A stretch of 64,000 bases of DNA from an uncultured Candidatus Saccharibacteria bacterium. GTDB taxonomy: Bacteria; Patescibacteriota; Minisyncoccia; Phycocordibacterales; UBA9973. The stretch is taken from contig CAZUQJ010000001.1 of assembly GCA_964622505.1 (NCBI GenBank), positions 116,957 to 180,956 of the forward strand. Direction: 5' to 3'. Below, one piece after another: positions 57,169-64,000 of this stretch. The position numbers and the translations under genes are program-made. Each line of letters opens with the position of its first letter. The first letter of the stretch is position 1. The notes under the pieces are model-generated. The model had not been told where the DNA came from and searched no databases. It was given only the letters and a program-made list of their open reading frames with translations.

Positions 57169-57353
57169 AAAAAAAACGACCATTTGAGGTCGCTTTTGAA
57201 AATTCGTATTTGAATTTTAGGAGATTTAATTTATTACACAAATACTCTCAAGCGCCCTCAAATTGTGAGTCGCTCGTCGTCGATTACTTATTTGTATTTG
57301 TGCATGAATATGATTCATAATATGTTTATAACACTTGCCAAAATGCAAGTCAA
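57169..57353 (-). promoter_or_regulatory. Arg-codon leader-peptide attenuator B
   Basis: TTGACT-17-TATAAA; leader ORF 57318-57226 with CGA x3; antiterminator 12/13 complementary to terminator arm; terminator CGACC-tcaaat-GGTCG-T8. Confidence 0.75.
57226..57318 (-). CDS. Leader peptide MNHIHAQIQISNRRRATHNLRALESICVIN
   Basis: Leaderless ATG 6 nt after -10; three tandem CGA codons at 57282-57274. Confidence 0.65.
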   Translation of the reverse strand: MNHIHAQIQISNRRRATHNLRALESICVIN

Positions 57354-57362
57354 ATGGTCTAT

Positions 57363-57371
57363 TGTGGATAA
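57363..57371 (-). promoter_or_regulatory. Perfect DnaA box
   Basis: TGTGGATAA, reverse complement of TTATCCACA. Confidence 0.4.
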
Positions 57372-57374
57372 CTT

Positions 57375-57623
57375 TTATTTCGCTAATTTTAGCTTTAGTT
57401 GTTTTTCAAATGCTGCATAGATTATAGCCAATTTATCTTCTACTTTATCGAGTCGGCGTTCGTGATTTACCTCTATTTTACTGAGTCTGAAATCAATTTT
57501 TTCTAATTTTTCATCCAACATTTTTATGTCATCTTTTGTAGCTGTATTTTCAAAACCGTTAGCTACCATTATAGCTAAGTCGTCTATTGTCATTTTCTTC
57601 GATTTTTCGGTCACTTTTTTCAT
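57375..57623 (-). CDS. Small coiled-coil hypothetical protein
   Basis: MTIDDLAIMV..GF...ATKDD followed by heptads. Confidence 0.7.
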   Translation of the reverse strand: MKKVTEKSKKMTIDDLAIMVANGFENTATKDDIKMLDEKLEKIDFRLSKIEVNHERRLDKVEDKLAIIYAAFEKQLKLKLAK

Positions 57624-57663
57624 AGATCTAATTATACTACAACCAAATTTCTATGCAAATTCC

Positions 57664-57688
57664 TAGCCCTAAGTCCGACTTAGGGCTA
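57664..57688. repeat. REP-like palindrome
   Basis: TAGCCCTAAGTC-c-GACTTAGGGCTA, 12-bp perfect arms with no T-tract. Confidence 0.55.
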
Positions 57689-57749
57689 CTCCCTGAAGTT
57701 AGAAATAAAAAAGACCGAAGCCTTTTTTACAAAACCTGCGGTCTTTAAA

Positions 57750-58118
57750 TCAATATCCTCGTACACGGAGGAATACTTTAATAGTTTCCTCTAGCGAAGT
57801 TTCAAAAATTTTTTCATAATAAGCCCAGTAATGTCCACCAACATACAGAAAAGTGAGTGGTTGCCTCCTGTCACAAACATAGCAGTATACCTGAACACGT
57901 TCTATTGAAAGATGAACACTCATTTTGTAAGAATCATCTTTCTTTAGTAAGTATAGGATTTCCTCACTTTGTCCAGTTTTACGCAGGCTATCGAGGCTCA
58001 TAGTTCCTAAAAATTTTTTTACTACTGTATCACAATTCATGGAATCAAGATCAGAATCTTGCGCGAAGCACAACGGGGTGGCAAAAGCCAAGGTCAGGAT
58101 AAACAATAATCTTTTCAT
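57750..58118 (-). CDS. Secreted orphan protein
   Basis: Signal peptide MKRLLFILTLAFATPLCFA-QD; CxxC. Confidence 0.6.
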   Translation of the reverse strand: MKRLLFILTLAFATPLCFAQDSDLDSMNCDTVVKKFLGTMSLDSLRKTGQSEEILYLLKKDDSYKMSVHLSIERVQVYCYVCDRRQPLTFLYVGGHYWAYYEKIFETSLEETIKVFLRVRGY

Positions 58119-58212
58119 TTTTTATGTTATTTTAAATACATAATAACACATTTATATGTATCCTGTCAAACAACAAAAAAAATCCCCCACTCGAGGGCTT
58201 TTTTTGTTTCTT

Positions 58213-58962
58213 TTATTTAGTATTTTTTTGGTACTGTCTTTCTCTTAGGAATATATAGATCAACAGCATGAGGATGATTACGAAGAGTATCCAGATAATT
58301 GAAATATTTGAAATACTCATACCTGCAGATGCTACTTGGCTGTTTGCTTCTACCTCTTCGGTTGCAGTTTTCCCATCTAGAGTTGTCTTGCTACCATTTG
58401 ATCCTGTTTCTAACTTTGAACCAGCTGTGACAGTTGGTCCAGTTAGTATTTTGGATCCAACCAGATTCCTACCACCTGTATAGCTACCACTTGTTGCAGT
58501 ATAGTTATTGATCGTGTAAGTACCAGCTGTGGAATCATCTGAGATAGACTTCCCTTCGCCGATACTATCTACATTCGTAAAAGTAATAGTTGCATCTCCT
58601 GTCGCAATACCTTTTACTGTCATACTGAAAAGCACTGTGTCTTTATTTGTACCTGTTGGTATACCAATCAGGAAGTATGGCTTTGCACAAGTTGGAGTAG
58701 ATTGTGCCATCATTCCATCGGCAACGGTAATCTTTTCACAGGCGAGGTTTTTAAAATTAATCGTACCTTCTACTGCATAAACTTTGTTTTCAGAAGCACT
58801 AACAGAAGTATTTACCACAAAACTTTCATTAACATTTTTAGTCAATCCTGTTGGTGATACATATACTTGTGGCACAGTTGCAGCCAACACAGATGATGCA
58901 AATCCGATAAATACTAAAACTGCAAACACTTGGAATACTTTTTTTGTTATATTGTTTTTCAT
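58213..58962 (-). CDS. Cohesin-like domain protein with C-terminal membrane anchor
   Basis: Signal peptide, VYVSP..F.V..V....VYAVEGTINF..L beta-sandwich, F.MT.KG...G.ATI.F; C-terminal TM plus basic tail. Confidence 0.65.
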   Translation of the reverse strand: MKNNITKKVFQVFAVLVFIGFASSVLAATVPQVYVSPTGLTKNVNESFVVNTSVSASENKVYAVEGTINFKNLACEKITVADGMMAQSTPTCAKPYFLIGIPTGTNKDTVLFSMTVKGIATGDATITFTNVDSIGEGKSISDDSTAGTYTINNYTATSGSYTGGRNLVGSKILTGPTVTAGSKLETGSNGSKTTLDGKTATEEVEANSQVASAGMSISNISIIWILFVIILMLLIYIFLRERQYQKNTK

Positions 58963-58972
58963 ATATTTTTAA

Positions 58973-61552
58973 TTATCTTTTAACTTCACCATAGCCCCAA
59001 TTCGACATTAATAAAGCGAAATCGTATTTATTTACTAATCCATCCACAGTCAAGTCGGCCTTTTCATTCGTTACTTTCAATCCCCAAGGCACCATCATCA
59101 AGGCAAAGTCGTATTTGTTTACTTTCCCATCACAGTTGATGTCACCAAGTATAGTACATTTTGGAGTTGGATCTCCTCCTCCTCCACCACCCCCGCCGCC
59201 TCCACCGGATGATTCTTGCTTTGAGATTGTAATGATGTTACTTACTGCACTCATGTTGCCAAATTTATCTATTTGCACCACACCAAATTTAAATGGAATG
59301 AAAGCTTCTCCTTCGGAAACGAGCGGGATTGTCGTAGTGAAAGTTCCTTCCAATCTACAAGGTGTATCTTGAGTAAAATTACTTCCTATTTTATTTAGAA
59401 TACTATCTGGTTCTGTGCCACCTAATATTTCATATGTGAAATTAAGGTGATCTGATTCTATATCACAAGTTCCAGAAACAGCTAATGTGGAACTACCGGT
59501 GTAAGGTCCCGATGTAGGACTTGTAATTATAGGTGCATCTGGAGCTATAGAGTCAATGACAAAAACAAAAGTTTTGTCTCCAAAAATAATCTCATTACCA
59601 GCTTTGTCTTTACTGATGATCATTACTCGATAACTACTATCTTTAAGATTAAGTTCAGATAAATCAAAGTGTATAGGCTCGTAAATATCAAATTTTTTAG
59701 AGTATCCTATTGTTCGGTAGTCAGTTATATTACTAGTATCTTGATGCATATCCCAAAAGATAATTTCTGATTCAAGAAGATTATCATCAATCGCATGACT
59801 AACAATAACGATATTTCCATCACTAGCTTTTTCATACGTCATGAACTCAAAGTTAACATCTGCTGTGGCTCCATTATGGAAGTAAGTATATTCTAGTTTT
59901 GGTGCTTGAGTGTCGATAATTACAGTAATATCAGGAGATTGGGAATAATTTTCATCAATATTTGCCTCAGCATAAATTTGATACACCCCATCAGGTAATG
60001 AATTAGTAGCATTCTCCACAGTCCAGTTTCCAAACTCATCTGAAGTTGTTGTGCCTATTAATGTTGAAGTTATTCCACAAGGTAATCCGGGTGTAGTAGT
60101 AATGCATGGAACCATCATTGGCACCACAAACACTTGAACTTCAGTATTGGGATAAGTTGTTCCAGAAAAAGAAGGAGTATTATCTTTTGTGATAAAATCA
60201 GTGTCTGAAATTCCTGTATCTTGTGACATTTCTGTAATAGATACTAATGGTTTAATAGAAACATAAATTTCTTTAGTTAAACTGATGCCTTTTTCATAAT
60301 CTCCACATTGCATAGCGATCATGAGAGTATCTGTATATGTGGGCGTTGTTGTCTCCCATAAGTATAGACCAGCAATAACTTTTTCAGACCCAGAAGTTAC
60401 TTTTTGTCCGGTAGTTAATTCAACACCATCCGTATTATGTACAAAATTACCATAAAAATTACAGAATTTTAAATTACTTTCCCAGGTTACATCCATAATA
60501 GATTTGTAATCAACAGGGCTTGGCATGGTTGAACCATTGATTTTAAAATTCATATAGTACTCATCTGTACTTTGAATTGTAAGCTTGAAATCTAGAGTAG
60601 GATTTACACACATGTCGTTTATTACTTCACAAGCAACAAACACATACTCTCCCGGAGTAAGAGCGCCTGTTGTTGTATTAAATGGAGCCTCTATCTGCCA
60701 TTTTCCATCTTCATCAGATGTAGTAGATCCGTAAATAGCTGTAAAAGTACTCACACCGTCTTTGATTACTTCATGATCAAACTTTTCATATATTTGCACT
60801 TTAGTATTTGGAGTAAAGGTACCGTAGAAACCTGGAGTAGTATCATTTGTTGATTGTGCGCCTGTAATTTGGTCTAGAGCACTAAAATTAGTTAATAGAG
60901 ATATATATTTTGGTTGAGAGCTTGGAAATACCCGAAAAACACTTGGAGTAAAAGCGGTAAAATCTTCGGTTTCGTCAGTACTCTTCCACGTTACTTTTAA
61001 ATAGTAATGTCCTGGAAGTACAAAATTTTCTGGAGAAATATTTGGATAAACTTGTATGATATTAATTTGTCCATTAGAAGAAGTAGGATCATTTAGACAT
61101 GACAGAGTACCATCCTCATTTAAGGATTCTGTTGTAGCTTCTTGTACTACAGAAATACACGCAGTACCGGTCTTTGTGGAGTTGATTGTTACCTGAGGGT
61201 TAAAGTTACTACCTAGAGTAAATGTTTCGCCTCCAGTAGGATATCTAATATCTATTGTCGGTGGTACAACGATTACTGGTGTAGCTGAAATCTGAATTTC
61301 ATTTGAAATTTCTATCTGAGGTTCGATTTCTATTTCTGTAACTATAGGTTCTTCTAGTGTAATTTCATTAGTAGAAAGTTCTACTTCCGGTTGAATTTCT
61401 TCTGGAACTAGCTCAACCTCTAATTGTGTCTCAGTTTGTATTTGAGTTTCTGTTTCGAGATTTAGAGTCACTTCCTCAGCCCATACGTTTATGGCCGGAG
61501 CAAACATGGTTGTCACTAGCATCACTATCAGTACTAGGTTAATTTTTTTCAT
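58973..61552 (-). CDS. Secreted Ig-like repeat protein with C-terminal dockerin
   Basis: Glu-rich linker, DTG.SD.D.IT.DNTP.FSGT Big domains, poly-Gly, GDINCDGKVNKYDFALM / ADLTVDGLVNKYDFALL. Confidence 0.8.
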   Translation of the reverse strand: MKKINLVLIVMLVTTMFAPAINVWAEEVTLNLETETQIQTETQLEVELVPEEIQPEVELSTNEITLEEPIVTEIEIEPQIEISNEIQISATPVIVVPPTIDIRYPTGGETFTLGSNFNPQVTINSTKTGTACISVVQEATTESLNEDGTLSCLNDPTSSNGQINIIQVYPNISPENFVLPGHYYLKVTWKSTDETEDFTAFTPSVFRVFPSSQPKYISLLTNFSALDQITGAQSTNDTTPGFYGTFTPNTKVQIYEKFDHEVIKDGVSTFTAIYGSTTSDEDGKWQIEAPFNTTTGALTPGEYVFVACEVINDMCVNPTLDFKLTIQSTDEYYMNFKINGSTMPSPVDYKSIMDVTWESNLKFCNFYGNFVHNTDGVELTTGQKVTSGSEKVIAGLYLWETTTPTYTDTLMIAMQCGDYEKGISLTKEIYVSIKPLVSITEMSQDTGISDTDFITKDNTPSFSGTTYPNTEVQVFVVPMMVPCITTTPGLPCGITSTLIGTTTSDEFGNWTVENATNSLPDGVYQIYAEANIDENYSQSPDITVIIDTQAPKLEYTYFHNGATADVNFEFMTYEKASDGNIVIVSHAIDDNLLESEIIFWDMHQDTSNITDYRTIGYSKKFDIYEPIHFDLSELNLKDSSYRVMIISKDKAGNEIIFGDKTFVFVIDSIAPDAPIITSPTSGPYTGSSTLAVSGTCDIESDHLNFTYEILGGTEPDSILNKIGSNFTQDTPCRLEGTFTTTIPLVSEGEAFIPFKFGVVQIDKFGNMSAVSNIITISKQESSGGGGGGGGGGGDPTPKCTILGDINCDGKVNKYDFALMMVPWGLKVTNEKADLTVDGLVNKYDFALLMSNWGYGEVKR

Positions 61553-61572
61553 ATAAAATAAGGTTATAAGTT

Positions 61573-61603
61573 AAAAAAGCCCTATATGAGCTTCATAGGG
61601 CTA
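61573..61603 (-). terminator. Terminator of speA-DHS transcript
   Basis: AGCCCTATG...TATAGGGCT-T tract on minus strand. Confidence 0.65.
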
Positions 61604-61658
61604 TCTTAGCATATTATTGACATATTGTCAAGTATATAGTTTTGTATTGAATTTTACT

Positions 61659-62678
61659 CTAGTTAGTATATTTAGCTATCAATTTATTGGCTTCTTCGGG
61701 ATTTGCTTTACATTCAAGAAGTGCGCTCATGATCAGTGGGGCTACAATGGTTGCGTCGGATTCGATGACAAACATTGGGGTGTCTTGAGTTAGCTTGTCC
61801 CATGTAATCTTCTCATTTGGTGTTGCTCCAGAGTATGAACCGTAGGAAGTGGTAGAGTCCGAGATCTGGCAGAAGTATGCCCAAGGTTTGGCAGGTAGTT
61901 CCATATCGTATTTGAGTGATGGCACCACACAGATTGGGAAATCTCCGGCAATACCTCCACCAATTTGGAAAAATCCAATCCCCTCTCCTTCGGAAAGTTT
62001 ACTGTATTGATCGTAGAGTTCGCCCATGTACTCTACACCGCTTTTTGCGATAGAGGCACTGGCATCGCCGTGCTTTACATGTGAAGCAAAGATATTACCA
62101 AAAGTGGAATCTTCGTATCCAGGTACAACTATTGGAATATTGTTTTGTGCTGCTGCAAGAAGCCAGCATTCGTCTGCGTTACCCTCATGTTTATCTTTCT
62201 CGATCATTTGGATCAAGTCATAGAAATATTCATGCCAAAAGCGACGTGTACCATTCTTGGTCGCCTCTTCCCACATTGGAACAATATGCTTCTCTACTGC
62301 ACGAAATGCTTCGTCTTCTGGAATACTTGTGTCTGTGACACGGCGCATACGATCCTCTAGGATCTTTGTGTCATCTTCTTTTGTAAAATATCGGTAATCT
62401 GGGAAATCTTTATAAGAATTGTGTGCTACAAGTCGAAAGAGCGACTCTTCCAAGTTGGCACCGGTCACTGACATGCCGTGGATGAGGCCTGCGCGAATAG
62501 CCGGTGTAAGTGTAATACCAAGCTGGGCGCTAGACATAGCTCCAGCTACTGCCCAGAACATCTTGCCACCCTTTTCTGTATGGCGCCAATAAGCAATCAA
62601 GGCATCACGAGTAGCTCGAGCGTTGAAGTTCTTGTAATTCTTAAGTATAAATTCTAATGTAGGTAAATTGTTTTGCAT
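61659..62678 (-). CDS. Deoxyhypusine synthase-like protein (probable homospermidine synthase, SpeY-like)
   Basis: AGAMSSA, TGANLEE, PGYEDST.GN, IGGGIAGDF, SDSTTSYGSYSGATPNEKITW. Confidence 0.88.
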   Translation of the reverse strand: MQNNLPTLEFILKNYKNFNARATRDALIAYWRHTEKGGKMFWAVAGAMSSAQLGITLTPAIRAGLIHGMSVTGANLEESLFRLVAHNSYKDFPDYRYFTKEDDTKILEDRMRRVTDTSIPEDEAFRAVEKHIVPMWEEATKNGTRRFWHEYFYDLIQMIEKDKHEGNADECWLLAAAQNNIPIVVPGYEDSTFGNIFASHVKHGDASASIAKSGVEYMGELYDQYSKLSEGEGIGFFQIGGGIAGDFPICVVPSLKYDMELPAKPWAYFCQISDSTTSYGSYSGATPNEKITWDKLTQDTPMFVIESDATIVAPLIMSALLECKANPEEANKLIAKYTN

Positions 62679-62701
62679 AATATTATTTTAACATTTATTA
62701 A

Positions 62702-64000
62702 TTACCAGCCAAAGTTCTTGCCCACTTCATCGGCGGTTTCTCTTTTCCGAGCCACCACAATATGTCCATTTTCCGCAACTATCTTTAATGGCGAGGACAG
62801 CATGCAGTGATGTGCAGCGAGCGGATCCTGGTACGCCCCTGTGTCCATAACTGCGATATACATTGGGTCAGTACTTCGATTCATGTCGTAGTCTGGCAAT
62901 GTGACGTATCCGTTTACTCCAGTATAGATATCGTCAGAGTCGCAAGACGATCCTGCTAGCCACACATCTTCGAGTTTGTCGTCATGCTTACTGTTTAGAG
63001 GTACCACAGACCATTTCTGGCCGATAGCCCAAGTATCGAGCAAGTCGTTCATAAAGCTACCGTCTATCACATACCATTTTTTTGCATCGGCTTTCTTGTT
63101 TGCAATCTTTTTTGTATCGATAATTTTAAATATAGTTATTTGTGCTGGTGCCACAATGTAGCGACCCCATTCGCAGATCAAGTTTGGGTGTGGCATGCCA
63201 CGCTTCTCACTCTCTTTCTTTACCAAGGTGAAAATTCTCTCCATCAACTTCTCTATTGGGTAGCTCTTGTTGCGAGTGTACGGGATTGGCATACCTCCCC
63301 CAATGTCGATAGTGTCGAGAGATGCATTTTTTTCTTTTACTTTGAAATAGACATCAAGTGCATACTTGATAGGCCCCAAAACATCGGACAATTTCTCAAT
63401 CTGTGAGCCTATATGGTAGTGCAAGATTTTCAAATTTTTAAAACTACCCATATCGATAATTTCTTTGGCCGAGAATCCAAAACGGTCAATCGGTTTGTTC
63501 CAATACGATGCTGCTTTTACTGGCATGTCTAGACGTATTCCCACATCATATTTGGAGTGTTGGAGGAATTTGAGTTCATTTGGCCCTTCGATCAATGGAA
63601 ATATCTTAACACCTTTGTGTTGCAAGTCGTCGATCAGGTTGATGTATTTGTCAGTCTTTGGACCAGAACACAGGATCCGGATATTTGGGTTAAAGGATTC
63701 CTGCTCGAGCATTCGTTTTACAAGCCAGAGGTCGTTGAAAGATGAAGTTTCCAAATGTGCACCCTCGCCTACAAGCGCCATAACAACTTCCTTGTTTTGA
63801 TTGACCTTCATTGGGTAGTGATACAGGAACTTGCCCTTGTAGCCCACCTTTTTAGATAGGTGCGTTGCAAGATCAAGGAAGTCCTCCAATCGTTCCTCAA
63901 TAATAAATGGGAAAAGAATTTCAAGCGAAGTACCCATCTTGTCAGCAAGATAGCGAATATTATAAATATTGTTCCCCTCCTTTACTACCAAGTCACCGTC
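62702..64000 (-). CDS. speA: Arginine decarboxylase (fold-type III PLP), 5' end beyond window
   Basis: YPMKVNQ (PLP Lys), H.HIGSQ, DIGGG, E.GR, DTWAIGQ, CDSD, TGAYQ. Confidence 0.8.
   Translation of the reverse strand, partial: DGDLVVKEGNNIYNIRYLADKMGTSLEILFPFIIEERLEDFLDLATHLSKKVGYKGKFLYHYPMKVNQNKEVVMALVGEGAHLETSSFNDLWLVKRMLEQESFNPNIRILCSGPKTDKYINLIDDLQHKGVKIFPLIEGPNELKFLQHSKYDVGIRLDMPVKAASYWNKPIDRFGFSAKEIIDMGSFKNLKILHYHIGSQIEKLSDVLGPIKYALDVYFKVKEKNASLDTIDIGGGMPIPYTRNKSYPIEKLMERIFTLVKKESEKRGMPHPNLICEWGRYIVAPAQITIFKIIDTKKIANKKADAKKWYVIDGSFMNDLLDTWAIGQKWSVVPLNSKHDDKLEDVWLAGSSCDSDDIYTGVNGYVTLPDYDMNRSTDPMYIAVMDTGAYQDPLAAHHCMLSSPLKIVAENGHIVVARKRETADEVGKNFGW

Noticed and set aside
15411-57371. oriC from DnaA boxes at 15411 and 57363
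   Set aside because: Isolated single boxes with no cluster and no dnaA/dnaN; convergent gene polarity suggests a terminus instead
59174-59208. Poly-Gly tracts (also 12521-12572) as phase-variable repeats
   Set aside because: Mixed Gly codons; these are linkers or RGG regions, not pure simple-sequence repeats
1-64000. CRISPR array, rRNA, tRNA, transposase or integrase
   Set aside because: No regularly spaced repeats, cloverleaf/T-loop signatures or recombinase motifs seen by eye; intergenic gaps are short
1-64000. Alternative genetic code (TGA=Gly) as in Gracilibacteria/SR1
   Set aside because: Conserved genes are full length in code 11, and TGA ends ORFs cleanly before promoters or terminators (25618, 48418, 57750)

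Overview
This is an AT-rich bacterial chromosome segment read in genetic code 11. Gene content and order (scpA-scpB-mraY-ftsW-murG-gltX, archaeal-type non-discriminating AspRS, rsmI-DUF4015-ctpA-rplI/rpmA, dnaB-recR, leaderless promoters, cohesin/dockerin surface proteins) point to a Patescibacteria/CPR (Parcubacteria-like) genome; this is an inference. 1-6.5 kb is a small defence-like island: NYN nuclease with a candidate antisense sRNA, a truncated VOC gene, a type IIG/ISP-like R-M fusion, and a zeta toxin with a small partner. 6.5-13 kb is a run of small accessory genes. 13-31.5 kb holds + strand housekeeping and envelope genes, including lexA with a GAAC-N4-GTTC operator. Gene polarity flips at about 32 kb beside a dif-like 28-mer. 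32-52 kb holds cell-division, tRNA-synthetase and replication genes with inserted orphan cassettes, one flanked by a 15-bp direct repeat. 52-64 kb holds a sensor kinase operon, agmatinase, an AstE-like hydrolase, a cohesin/dockerin pair, a DHS-like enzyme and arginine decarboxylase. The top candidate for an undescribed system is a pair of homologous, leaderless leader-peptide transcription attenuators around the polyamine/arginine genes; one carries CGA-CGA-CGA (Arg3) and a 13-bp antiterminator. I saw no rRNA, tRNA, CRISPR array or transposase.
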